The translations under genes and the position numbers were made by a program. Shown here piece after piece: positions 37,800 through 51,057 of a DNA stretch of 64,000 nucleotides (positions within the stretch are counted from its first letter, which is position 1; the number at the start of each line of letters is the position of its first letter). A model generated the notes under the pieces. The model saw only the letters and a list, made by a program, of their open reading frames with translations. It had not been told where the DNA came from and ran no database searches. Origin of the DNA: Heptranchias perlo (lineage: Eukaryota); NCBI RefSeq assembly GCF_035084215.1, contig NC_090326.1:806001-870000 (forward strand), given 5' to 3'.

Positions 37800-38930
37800 A
37801 CATATATGTCCAAAAACCTCATAGTGTCAGAATGAAATGTACGTTTCAACTCCTTTACTGCAGACTGGGGTACACATTAGATACCAGTCCCAAAATCTCA
37901 TAGAGTATCAGACTGAAATATATAGTATCGATTTGATTAGTACAGACTGACCTACACTTTAGATACCAGTCCAAAAATCCAGAGTATCAGACTGATAGAT
38001 TCATTATCAATTCTTTAGTGCAGACTGAGCTACACATTATATACCAGTTCAGAAAAATCAGTGTCAGATTGAAAGATACAGTATCAATTCCATTCGTGCA
38101 GACTGAGCTATAACTTACACACCAGTCCAAATATATCACAACAGTATCAGATTGAAAGATCCAGAATCAATCCTATTAGAGCTAACTGAGCTACACATTA
38201 CATATAGTCCAAAAAGCTCATACAGTATCAGACTGAAAGATACAGTATCAATTCCATTAGTGTAGACAGAGCTACACATTACATAGATTCCAAGATTCAC
38301 ATACATTATCACACTGAAACATATAGTATGAATTATATTAGTGCAGACTGAACTACACATTAAAATCCAGTCCAAAAATCTCTCTCAGTGTCTGACTGAA
38401 AGTGTCAATTCCATTAGTACAGACTGAACTACACATTACATACCAGTCCAAAAATCACTTCAAACTCATGCTGAAAGATACAGTATCAATTCCATTAATG
38501 CAGACTGAACTACACATTGCATACTGGAGAACAAAATCACTGTGTCAGACTGAAAGATACAGTATCAATTTCATTAGTACTGACTGAGCTATACATTACA
38601 AACCAATCCAAATATATCACACAACACCAGATTGAAAGATAAGCTATCAATTCCACTAATACAACCTGAACTACACATTACATACCAGTCCAAGTATCTC
38701 ACAATGACAGGTTGGGAGACACAGTATCATTAGTGCAGACTGAGCTACAATTTACAGACCAGTACATAAATCATATTCAGTGTCAGACTGAAAGATACAG
38801 TTTTAATTCCATTCATACAGACTGAGCTACACATTACATACCAGTTCAAAAACCTCATACGGTAACAGTCTGAAAAATAAAGTATCAATTCCTTTAGTGC
38901 AGACTGAGCGACACAATAAATACCACTGCA
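37800..38930. repeat. Degenerate ~81-bp satellite (CAGACTGAGCTACACATTACATACCAGTCC...GATACAGTATCAATTCCATTAGTG)
   Basis: About 13 diverged units; an inverted array lies at 63160-63830. Confidence 0.9.
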
Positions 38931-39197
38931 ATGATTTCACCTAAGAGATTGAAATCTACATTATCATTCACAATATTCTTCACAGAGATTAAGATGTGAT
39001 CCTACTCCAAAACTCACACACGTTGTTTGATTAAAACAAAATGAAAGTGTATCCATATTTACAAATGAAAGCTAGATGAAAGACTGATCATACATTAACA
39101 TATTAAAGACACAATTTCAAGCACCATACTGTAACCTGAAATAAGAATAGAGAACAAATCCAGACTTGCACTTTGTCCCAGAGACTGACAGTGACAG

Positions 39198-41460
39198 AAT
39201 AGGAACATAGGAACAGGAGAAGGCCATTCAGCCCCTCGGTGCCTGCTCAACCATTTGATAAGATCATGGCTGATCTGTGATCGAACTCCATACACTTGCC
39301 TTTGGCCCATATCCCTTAATACCTTTGATTGCCAAAAAGCTATCGATCTCAGATTTAAATTTAGCAATTGAGCTAGTATCAATTGCCATTTGCGGAAGAG
39401 TGTTCCAAACTTCTACAACCCTTTGTGTGTAGAAATATTTTCTAATCTCGCTCCTGAACGGTCTGGCTCTAATTTTTAGACTGTGCCCCCTACTCCTAGA
39501 ATCCCCAACCAGCAGAAATAGTTTCTCTCTATCCACCCTATCCGTTCCCCTTAATATCTTATAAAGTTCGATCAGATCACCCCTTAACCTTTGAAACTCC
39601 AGAGAATACAACCCCAATTTGTGTAATCTCTCCTCGTAACTTAACCCTTGAAGTCCGGGTATCATTCTAGTAAACCTACGCTGCACTCCCTCCAAGGCCA
39701 ATATGTCCTTCCGAAAGTGCGGTGCCCAGAACTGCTCACAGTACTCCAGGTGCAGTCTAACCAGGGTTTTGTATAGCTGCAGCATAACTTCTGCCCCCTT
39801 GTACTCTAGTCCTCTAGATATAAAGGCCAGCATTCCATTAGCCGTATTGATTATTTTCTGCACCTGTTCAATGATCTATGTACCTGAACCCCTAAGTCCC
39901 TTTGGATATCCACTGTTTTTAACTTTTTACCATTTAGAAAGTACCCTGTTCTATCCTTTTTTGATCCAAAGTTGATGACCTCACATTTGTCTACATTGAA
40001 TTCCATTTGCCACAGTTTTGCCCATTCACCTAATCTATCAATATCGCTTTGGAATTTAATGTTTTCATCGACACTGCTTACAATGCCACCAATCTTTGTG
40101 TCATCGGCAAACTTAGATATGAGACTTTCTATGCCTTCAGCTGAGTAGTTAATAAATATTGTGAATAATTGATGCCCCAAGACTTGTCCCTGTGGGACTC
40201 CACTAGTCACATCCTGCCAATGTGAGTACCTTCCCATTATCTCTACTCTCTGTCGCCTTTCGCTCAGCCCACTTTGTAACCAAGTCTGTACTTTTCCCTC
40301 GATTCCATGGGCTTCCATCTGAGCTAACAGTCTCTTATGTGAGACCTTATCAAATGCCTTCTGGAAGTCCATATAAATAACATCCATTGACATTCCCCTG
40401 TCTACTACTTTGGTCACCTCTTCAAAAAATTCAATCAGGTTTGTCAGGCACGACCTACCTTTCACAAATCCATACTGGCTCTCTATGATTAACTGAAAAT
40501 TCTTCAGGTGTTCAGTAACCCTGTCCTTAATTATAGACTCCAGCATTTTCCCCACAACAGATGATAGGCTAACTGGTCTATAATTCCCCAGTTTCCCTCT
40601 CTCTCCTTTCTTAAAAAGCGGAGTGACATGTGCAATTTTCCAATCCAGAGGGACAGTTCCTGAATCTAGAGAACTTTGAAAGATTATAGTTAGGGCATCT
40701 GCAATGTGCTCACCTACTTCCTTTAAAACCCTGGGATGGAAACCATCTGGTCCTGGGGATTTGTCACTCTTTAGTGCTATTATTTTCTTCATTACTGTTG
40801 CTTTACTTATGTTAATCTTATCGAGACCCTGTCCCCGATTCAATGTTAGACTTCTTGGGATTTCCGGCATGCTATCCACTTTTTCTACTGTAAATACTGA
40901 CGCAAAGTAATCGTTCAACAAAGTCTGCCATTTCCCCGTTGTCAATGACAATATCCCCACTTTCAGTTTTTAAGGGACCAACACTGCTCTTGACCACCCT
41001 CTTTTTCCTAATGTAACAATAAAAGTTCTTCGTATTGGTTTTGATATCTCTTGCAAGTTTCTTTTCATACTCTCTTTTTGTAGCTCTTACTATCTGTTTT
41101 GTGACCCTTTATTGATCTTTGTATCTTTCCCATTCGCCATGATCTGTGCCATTTTTTTGCCTTTTTGTATGCCCTTTCCTTATGATTTATACTGTCCCTT
41201 ATCTCTTTAGTTGTCCATGGCTGTTTTTTTGGCAAGTAGAGTTCTTGCCCCTCAGTGGTATAAACCAATTCTGTATCACGTTAAATGTTTCTTTAGACAT
41301 TTCCCACGGATCATCGGTCGTTTTACCCATTAACAGATTTGCCCAGTTTACTGTGGACAGTCTCTGTCTCATCCCATTGAAGTCGGCCTTACCCAAGTCT
41401 AGAATCTTAGCAGTTGACTCACTTTTTTCCCTTTTAAACACTACATTGAAGTCGATCATG
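39198..41460 (-). mobile_element. CR1 LINE, 5'-truncated ORF2
   Basis: ORFs 39851..40960 (RT with KSPGPDG, GVPQG, FADD), 39264..39863 and 41199..41474. AGGAACAT-type tail; inserted in the 46-bp satellite. Confidence 0.94.
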
Positions 41461-41820
41461 AATGAATCCCACACTCACAGGTCGCACCAGAGACTGAGAT
41501 ACAGAATTAATCTCACACTCACATACAATAGCAGAGACAGACAGATACAGAATGAATCCCACACTCACATATAGTACCAGAGACTGACAGATAGAGAATG
41601 AATCTCACACTCACATACAATAGCAGAGACAGACAGATACAGAATGAATCTCACATTCACAAACAGTACCAGAGACTGACAGATACAGAACAAATCTCAC
41701 ACTCACATACAGTACCAGAGACTGCCAGATACAGAACTAATCTCACACTCACATACAAAAGCAGAGTCTGACATACAGAATGAATCTCACACTCACATAC
41801 TTTACCAGAGACTGACATCT
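41460..41820. repeat. 46-bp satellite array
   Basis: About 8 units of CACACTCACATACAGTACCAGAGACTGACAGATACAGAATGAATCT. Confidence 0.9.
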
Positions 41821-42819
41821 ACTGGCCGTAAGGCAGAACTGTAACAGAGCGGAACAAATTCATATTATCTGTCGTAGGTGCAGAAACAGGACAATGTACA
41901 ATGTGAGAAAATAGTTTCTCTCGGTAACTTCTACTCTCGTATTTTGTCATATTTTTGACAGTGAAAAATTAAGACACTTGATTCATAATAAAGTTTTTGT
42001 TTTGCTCATTCGAAAGTTGTGAATTTGCCCCATTATATTTCAGTGTACATTGAGCGGTATTTCTGTGCGATTTCTTGGGACACGATTTACATTACTTCAA
42101 ATAAATCGAAGTAAAACACAAATAAATCGAAGTAAAACACAAATAAATACTGAAAGGTTCACTGGCAACCGTCAAAAGTGAAAGGGATAAAATATAGAAA
42201 AAATTTAAACCGAAAATGCTGGAAACACTCAGCAGGTCCGGCAAAATCTATGGTGAAGGGAAGCTCGGGTTCAGGCCTATGACTCATCAATAGACCTGAT
42301 AGGTTAATCCTACATTATTTAAATAAGGAACGGGACTGAGCAGAGGGAAAAACTTCAGAAAATCAAATAATTTCACTGAATCCAGAAAACTCTGTCCCGT
42401 ATCCACTGTACAGATCAGGGCAAATAATAACACAAAGGGACAGAGTTAAATTCAACTTTATGGGGAAAAGAAATGAACTTTGAAAGATTTTTTTTTACAT
42501 AAATCAGACCCATTTGTGTTTTGGAAACACAATCCCGCTGAAAAGCATCAAATTCAGTTCCAGTCTTGGAGTTTCTAAAGTAAGCGTGCTGGGATTCAAA
42601 CCTGTTGGAATTAACTGCTTGGAAGGCAGCTATACTCACCAATATATACCACCTTACTTCACTAGGAGGGAGAAATAGAGTGTTCCTGTGGAGTTTGGGA
42701 CTGAATTCCTCCCATTGGGTTTCTGGCACTTTAATTACAGACAATAAATAGTTGCCAAACATCAGCCCTTGAACAGACACAAGCTGGTGGAATTTCTCAT
42801 TCATAGATAATAAAGGAGA

Positions 42820-43820
42820 GGATGACAAAAGAGAATACGAAGAGGTTAGGAAGATGTCATAAAAACAATTAGGGAAGCAAAAAGGAATTACAAAATTAAA
42901 TTAGCAAGGAATATAAAAAGAAACAGTAAATTATTCTATAGATGCATAATAACAAATGGAAAATCAGAATATCTTGAGAGCCACTAAGGGATGCACAAGA
43001 TAAACTTATAGGTATTGTCAGCGAAATGGCAGAAATATTGAATTATTTATTTGCCTCAGTATTTACCAGGGAGATTAACAGGGTGAATATGATATTATAT
43101 CTGGATATCTTTATTGAGAGGTCAATAAAGATATCCAGATATTTAAGATAGAAATGGTAGTAAGATTCCGGCTCCAGCTGGATTCCATCCACATAAATTA
43201 AAAGAAGCCATGGAAGAGATAACAGAGGCACAATGTCATATACAGAAAAAAATCATAAGAAAAGGGACTAATGCCAGCTGGACGACAGCCAATGTGATAC
43301 CTATATTTTTAAAAAGGAGATAGAACTATAGACCAGGGAACTGTAGACCAGTTAACTTAACGTCAATGGTAGGAATGATTATGGAATCTTTTACTCAATG
43401 ATGCAATAGAAAAATATCCAGAAACCGAAAATATAATAAAGAATAGTCAGCACGGATTTCAGAAAGGGAAGGTTTAAAAGTTTGGCAGAAGGTTTGACAG
43501 TTTAAATTACGGTTTAACGTAACTTATCTGCATTTCAATTCTATCCCTCTCGATACGAACCCCGGTGCTGTGTTTGCTTTATTTAATGTCCTTGTTAACT
43601 TGCATTGCTACTTTTAATAATTTGTCAATCTGTAACCCTAGATCCCTCTGCTCTTCTACCCCATTTAGACTTTTATTTTCCAAAGCGTATGTGGCCTCCT
43701 TATTCCCCTTAGCAAAATGCACCACCTCACACCTTTCTATATTGAACTTCATGGCCGTTCTGCAAACTTATTAACGCTGTCTTATATTTTGTAGCAGTCT
43801 TCCTCAGTATAGACGATATC
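42820..43820. mobile_element. Old degenerate CR1 fragments (plus about 42820-43475, minus about 43510-43820)
   Basis: Remnants such as gaaatggcagaaatattgaat, ccagggaactgtagaccagtt and aatagtcagcacggattt. Confidence 0.6.
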
Positions 43821-44109
43821 CCCTAAATTAATTAGAACAATTTAACACAGCATTGTGACTAATGTTTGTTTTAACAAAGTATACTTACAACTGGTCTCCA
43901 TTTCCATTTTTTTCTAAATCGCATTCGTGCAATATAATGCGAATAATTAGTTGATGTTCTGTCCCTCTCTCATCTGCAAACTTCAATGTCCCGGGGTTTG
44001 GGGACATCAACTGGCCGGAAGCAGAACTACAACAGTTGCGAAAACCCGACAATGGGCGGTGTGAGCGTGTTTGTGATTGGTGGCAGGTACTAAATCTGAT
44101 TGGTTTCTT

Positions 44110-44230
44110 CAGATATCCAATCAGAGCGTTGAACCAAAAAGTATTGTGACATCACTCCCATCCGACCAATCACAATCATTGTCTTCACCCATCCCTCATT
44201 AGCATGTGGCGGTGACGTCAGCCTATTTAA
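44110..44230 (+). promoter_or_regulatory. H2B promoter: CCAAT boxes, octamer variant ATTAGCAT, CRE TGACGTCA, TATTTAA
   Basis: CCAAT 44166, ATTAGCAT 44198-44205, TGACGTCA 44213-44220, TATTTAA 44224-44230; mirrored at about 61591-61725. Confidence 0.8.
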
Positions 44231-44283
44231 TCTGGGCTCGGAGCGGATTTGGGACATTTCTGGGTCTGAAATTGAGTTTGAAA

Positions 44284-44658
44284 ATGCCTGAGGACAAGAA
44301 AGCAGCTCCGAAGAAGGGCGCCAAGAAAACTTTGAGTAAAACGCCAGCAAAGGGCGGCAAGAAAAGGAGAAAGTCGAGGAAGGAGAGTTACTCCATCTAC
44401 ATCTACAAAGTGATGAAGCAGGTTCACCCCGACACCGGCATCTCCTCCAAGGCGATGGGCATCATGAACTCCTTTGTGAACGATATTTTCGAGCGCATCG
44501 CGGGTGAGGCTTCCCGCCTGGCCCACTACAATAAACGGGCGACCATCAGCTCCCGGGAGATCCAGACCGCCGTGCGCCTGCTGCTGCCCGGAGAACTGGC
44601 CAAACACGCCGTGTCGGAAGGGACAAAGGCGGTGACCAAGTACACCAGCTCCAAGTAA
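44284..44658 (+). CDS. H2B: Histone H2B (intact)
   Basis: 124-aa ORF, intact promoter, stem-loop at 44695-44710. Confidence 0.97.
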   Translation: MPEDKKAAPKKGAKKTLSKTPAKGGKKRRKSRKESYSIYIYKVMKQVHPDTGISSKAMGIMNSFVNDIFERIAGEASRLAHYNKRATISSREIQTAVRLLLPGELAKHAVSEGTKAVTKYTSSK

Positions 44659-45538
44659 AACTCCACAATGAACTGAAAAAATCCTAAACACAAAGGCTCT
44701 TTTAAGAGCCACCCACATCCTCTCTGAAGATGCTGTACCGACACGTCTGTGTGGAATCAGATAATTGTCTTTCTGTAACTCCAGTTCTTTTGTAATTTCT
44801 CTTGAAATCTGGAAGATTCCCTTAATCACTGCCCGGTATAATCTATGTGTCGCTGTTCAATTTAGTCCCAACAACCAAACACGTGTCCCTGATCCTCTCA
44901 TTCCCATTCATAATCCGCCCTTCCCCCGCACGTGTCCCTTAGAGCCGTTTTAAGGGCGGTGGCTCAGACTTCAGTCATTTCTTTCCCTTTTTCATGTTTG
45001 TTCATTATTCTGGAATATCAGTTTATTAACCGCAGCCCTTTGTAATGTAGCAAACCTGAAAGGGACTTCACACCGAGGATAGAATAGACTAAAGGTTCGG
45101 TCACTGTTCGACTTCTTACACCAGGAGTCTCGGCTCCGATTTAGATCCCGGAACAGCTCCTGTGAACAGGGATCAATCCATAATCTGGGGTTTGTTATTT
45201 TACAAAGATTGAGCTGGAATCTGTCCCGTTTCAAACTGAGGCTTTATTCCCGCCCATTTGAAAGCGAGCGGAGAATGAAGCCGAATACTAACCGGATTGT
45301 AAAAGAGTTTCGAAGATGTGACGGGAAATGTGGAATAACAGAGTAAAACGAGGGATTTTTAAATCTATGTCTTAAGGCGACATTATTTACTCAACCCGCT
45401 GTTTGTGTTACAAATATATTGGCGGGCTTTTCAAATTTCAAAAAAAATTTCAGGTCTGACAATTGGGGCCGGGATTTCCGCCCTTTCCTCATTGCCGGCT
45501 ATTGATTGGTGAATAAAACCGCTCTCTGATTGGTTCAA

Positions 45539-45690
45539 TGATGTGGAGATGCCGGTGATGGAGGGGGGTTGACAATTGTAAACAATTTTACAACACCAAG
45601 TTATAGTCCAGCAATTTTATTTTAAATTGATTGGTCAATTTAAAATAAAATTGCTGGACTATAACTTGGTGTTGTAAAATTGTTTACAAT
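45539..45690. mobile_element. Fold-back Penelope pLTR mini-insertion in an H2A CCAAT box
   Basis: Same left end as 35949; inverted arms of about 55 bp; TSD TGATTGGTTCAA at 45527-45538 and 45691-45702. Confidence 0.9.
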
Positions 45691-45733
45691 TGATTGGTTC
45701 AACGAACAGCCCAGTGAGATGAAGGACAGAAGG

Positions 45734-45961
45734 GCCCCGGTCTATCTGGCTGCTGTGCTCGAGTATCTGACGGCTGAAATCCTCGAGCTGGCCGCCAACG
45801 CGGCCCGGGACAACAAGAAGACCCGCATCATCCCCAGACACCTGCAGCTGGCCGTCCGCAACGACGAGGAGCTCAACAAGCTGCTGGGAGGGGTGACCGT
45901 CGCTCAGGGCGGGGTGCTGCTCCCGTAGAAAACCAGCACTGAGCGCTCCAAGAGCAAGTAA
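45734..45961 (+). pseudogene. H2A: Histone H2A pseudogene (5' part deleted, C-terminal deletion)
   Basis: [12 protein letters not shown]...AQGGVL then premature TAG; stem-loop at 45992-46007. Confidence 0.92.
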
Positions 45962-47462
45962 ATCGACCAAAATTTAATCTGATAATCCAAAGGCTCTTTT
46001 CAGAGCCACTCATTGTATTTATGAAAGGGCTGGTTACTGTCTGAAGAGAGTAAGAAATTAATTTAATAAGGATTTGATTCCGATTTTTGAACTAACAATA
46101 ACTTGTTAAATACAAATGATTCATATCGGTATTTTCCAGTTACGAACATTAGATGTCGCCAATCGTCAATAGGTTGAAATTTGCAATTTGTATAGTGAAT
46201 AAGACAAAATATCATAATTGTCATTAAACTGGGCGGGTGGGAAAATCGTCTTCCTTTGATCATCGGCATCAAAGGACATTCTGTTGTATTCCAGCCATGA
46301 TTATTTACAGTCTCATCCTCCGACAATACTTGCTCGGTCTGTATTATTTTACCCAGATTTTTATAACTGAAGCTGACTGGTGTGTGGATTATTAAGTCAG
46401 CGATTGCTAAATCAGTGTGAGTGAAAATTTTCAATGTGATTGAAGGATTTATTCTGTCCCTGTCAGCCTGTCCCTGTCAGTTACGAGTACCACAGTGAAC
46501 ATGTTTCTGATCCTAGCGCTGAGTGATAGAGCAAGACACACTTTTGCCTTTCGATATTTAGTGCGAGTTACATTGAAACAACCTTTCACTACAGCCGGAG
46601 GGGGAGAATAGTCTGAAACTTGATTTGATCCGAGTCTGGTTCTTTACATCCAACATGAGTTTTAGATCCCGTCCGATTGCTCCTGACCTTCAGTACTGGA
46701 CTCAAATGTGCGGTAAAGTGTTGGAGTGCGTCTCGAACCTTCAAACTCTGACTCCAAGATTCGAGTGTTTCCAACCGAGCCAAGCTAACACCATATTGGA
46801 AATGACAATTGTATCTCTTGAATGAATTTCCCGTTTAACTAAATTTCTGGGAACTGGACGACACCACGATTTCAACCCTGGTGATCACAACTCTTTGCAT
46901 TGCCGATTTGGTGGCTCTGAAAATGATCATCAGCAGACACATTTAAGGTTTTGATATATATTTTCCACCGCACCCGTTCCCGAGTTATCTCACACACAAC
47001 AGGTACTTTCCCACACACACAGATCAGAGACATAGACTTGTCATCATGTGGGAGGCAGCAGGAGTAGTCAGTCCCGCGGTGATCTGAGATCCGCAATGGA
47101 TTTTCAATCCCACCGTCACATGGAACAGTGGAGACAGAGGCTGTTTCCATCCATCAATCAATCCGGTACCGGTAACAAGTCGATAAAATTCTCACTGCCA
47201 TTCAAAACTTTTTAAACTCTAGGGGATACAAGTTTATGCAACTTGCCCCATAATTTAACCCTTTAATTCCCGGCGTTATTCTGGTGAATCTGCTCATTTA
47301 TTTTGGTAACAAACTTCAGTCTGCTGTTTGAACTGCTCACTGTCAGCACTGAATTAACAATTAGAGATGGAAGAGCGGCCCATTGCTCCCTACACCCCAT
47401 CAAACTATCAAATTCATCGCTTGGCCTGAGACCACTAACTGTTAATAGAATGTCACTAACTG

Positions 47463-49647
47463 TCAAGACCAACCGCAACATCGTCATCAAACCAGCGGAC
47501 AAAGGAGGAGCCATAGTCATACAGAACAGAACGGACTATTGCAAAGAAGCATACCGACAACTGGACAACCAGGAACACTACAGACGGTTACCCGCAGACC
47601 CGACCAAAGAACACACCCACCAGCTCAACAAACTGATCAAGACCTTCGATCCAGACCTTCAAAGCATCCTACGCACTCTCATCCCACGTACTCCCTGCGT
47701 GGGAGACTTCTACTGCCTCCCAAAGATACACAAAGCCAACACACCCGGACGTCCCATCGTATCAGGCAACGGAACCCTGTGTGAGAACCTCTCTGGATAC
47801 ATCGAGGGCATCCTGAAACCCATCGTACAGGGAACCCCCAGCTTCTGTCGCGACACTACAGACTTCCTACAAAAACTCAGTACCCACGGACCAGTTGAAC
47901 CAGGAACACTTCTCACCACGATGGACGTCTCGGCACTATACACCAGTATCCCCCACGATGACGGCATCACTGCGACAGCATCAATACTCAACACCAACAA
48001 CAGCCAATCTCCAGACGCCATCCTACAACTCATCCGTTTCATCCTGGATCACAATGTCTTCACCTTCGATAACCAGTTCTTTACCCAAACACACGGAACA
48101 GCCATGGGGACCAAATTCGCACCCCAATACGCCAACATTTTCATGCACAAGTTCGAGCAGGACTTCTTCACTGCACAGGACCTCCAACCAACACTATACA
48201 CCAGATACATCGACGACATTTTCTTTCTATGGACCCACGGCAAGGAATCACTAAAGAGACTACACGATAACATCAACAAGTTCCATCCCACCATCAAGCT
48301 CACCATGGACTACTCCTCAGAATTAGTTTCTTTCTTGGACACACGAATCTCCATCAAAGACGGGCACCTCAGCACCTCACTCTACCGCAAGCCCACGGAC
48401 AACCTCACGATGCTCCACTTTTCCAGCTTCCACCGTAACCACGTCAAAGAGGCCATCCCCTATGGACAGGCCCTGCGAATACACAGGGTCTGCTCAGACG
48501 AGGAGGAACGCGATGGACACCTACAGACGCTGAAAGACGTCCTAGTAAGAACGGGATATGACGCTCGACTCATCGATCGACAGTTCCGACGGGCCACAGC
48601 AAAAAATCGCATAGACCTCCTCAGGAGACTAACACGGGACGCAACCAACAGAGTACCCTTCGTCGTCCAATACTTCCCCGGAGCGGAGAAACTACGCCAT
48701 GTTCTCCGCAGCCTTCAACATGTCATCAATGAGGACAAACACATCGCTATGGCCATCCCCACACCTCCACTACTCGACTTTAAACAGCCACCCAACCTCA
48801 AACAGACCATCGTTCGCAGCAAATTACCTAGCTTTCAAGAGAACAGCGTCCACGACACCACACAACCCTGCCACGGTAACCTCTGCAAGACATGCCAGAT
48901 CATCGACACAGATACCAGCATCACACGAGAGGACACCACCCACCAGGTGCATGGTTCATACTCCTGTGACTCGGCCAACGTTGTCTACCTCATACGTTGC
49001 AGGAAAGGATGCCCCAGAGCATGGTACATTGGCGAGACCATGCAGACGCTGCGACAACGGATGAACGGACACCGCGCAACAATCGCCAAACAGGAGGGTT
49101 CCCTCCCAGTCGGGGAACACTTCAGCAGTCATGGACATTCATCCACCGACCTTCGGGTAAGCGTACTCCAAGGCGGCCTTCGAGACACATGAGAACGCAA
49201 AATCGTCGAGCAGAAATTGATATCCAAGTTCCGCACCCATGAGGACGGCCTCAACCGGGATCTTGGGTTCATGTCACGCTACACGTTACCCCACCAGCGA
49301 ACAAATGTTATCTGTTTTTAATATAACGGGTCAGTTGCTGTCTTTTCTATGTTTCTACCTCTCTATCTCTGTTTTTTTTTGTTTGTTGTTTTTTTTTGGT
49401 GATTTGTATATTCTGTGAGACCTGGCAGGTAACACCTGTCTGTCTGCACACTGATTGCCTTGGCAACGGGCAGTTGAAAAAACTATCTGTACTCACCAAG
49501 CATTGTTCTGTGAATTATAAATGCGATTTCATTTCGAGGATTTCATTTTCACATCGTTCACCTGACGAAGGGGGAAGCCTCCGAAAGCTTGTGAATTTAA
49601 AATAAAATTGCTGGACTATAACTTGGTGTTGTAAAATTGTTTACAAT
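47463..49647 (+). mobile_element. Penelope-like element: RT + GIY-YIG endonuclease + pLTR, 5'-truncated
   Basis: ORF with KPADKGG, LPKIHK, RPIVS, DVSALYTSIP, GTAMG, YIDD and VVY...YIG. Premature TGA at 49190. TSD TGTTAATAGAATG at 47440-47452 and 49648-49660; empty site at 4430-4450. Confidence 0.96.
49557..49595 (+). ncRNA. Minimal hammerhead ribozyme motif in the Penelope pLTR
   Basis: TTCAC-CTGACGA-A-GGGGG/AAG/CCTCC-GAAA-GC-TT-GTGAA. Confidence 0.75.
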
Positions 49648-50746
49648 TGTTAATAGAATGAAACCGGTTCTTCATGCTTTAGACCCCTCCCATTCCCCGC
49701 ATTCTGGGCTACTCATGCTAAAGAGAGCGGGGAAAGGGACCCACGCGAATCTCCCGCTGTTTCACTCAATTCGTTTCCCTTTCCTTTCGAGCCCGTTCAT
49801 ATTTCCCTTCCTCCTCCGATTGTGACATTAGCGCCGATTTCTGGGGATCCCATCAGAAATCAGTCGCTTCTTTCTTTCCCCTTGAAGCAGCTTAGAAGGG
49901 GCTGTCCGGTAATCAGCACATTGTTACTTTTACAGATCAATTGATATTTGTCGCGTTTTAAGATTGCTGAATGGGGTTTTATTCCCGTCCCTCACAGATC
50001 ATAGAATCATTGCCGTCCGATACAGATCATAGAATCAGAGAATCATTGCTGTCCGTTACAGATAAGTTTTTGATAAGTTAAAGCTCTTCCGAGAATAGCG
50101 CCACCAATTTGTAACGGAAAATGCAGAATATCACAACAAGGAAGAGATTATATCATCGTTGCCTGGAATTGAGACTTTCGATTAATTCGCTCCTTTCCTA
50201 CACTGAAATTGGCGGGCCTTTTCAAGATGCAGGAAATAACCGTAGGGGAGAAACAGCATCACAAGATGGACTCTTCACAATGAACTATTCAATGGCTCCT
50301 GCCACATAAATCGCCGGACACCGTCATTCGAGCTGATTAATTATTACATTATAAGAAAACAATGAGCGAATGTGTAGGAGTTAATGTGGCTTTTCACTTT
50401 AAGCGGAGAAGATACCGTCTGGGTAAATTAACCGGAGTATTTACACTATCGGTGCAGGGAAAGATAGACGAATGAAACTCTCTCCAAAACTGGCACGGGC
50501 TCAATGGACCGAATGGTCCCCTTGTTTGCTGCAACCATTCTATGTTTCTATGAACTCTGGTGCAGCCCAATTGTTCAGTTCGGAGATTCTAATATCTCTT
50601 CCCCGCACACAGCGCAAATCTGATAAAATATCTATCCACAACCTCTCCCCGTTCCCAGGTCAGTGCTCTCTCTCTCTCTCGGGGAGGTGGCGGGTGGTTC
50701 TTAGAAGAGCTTTTATTTTGTGTTTAGTTCGAATGGGTCGAGTGGT

Positions 50747-51057
<311 letters not shown>

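Noticed and set aside
47303-47462. N-terminal extension of the 629-aa Penelope ORF
   Set aside because: This is flanking spacer DNA (paralogous to 4295-4440) that is in frame by chance, upstream of the TSD.
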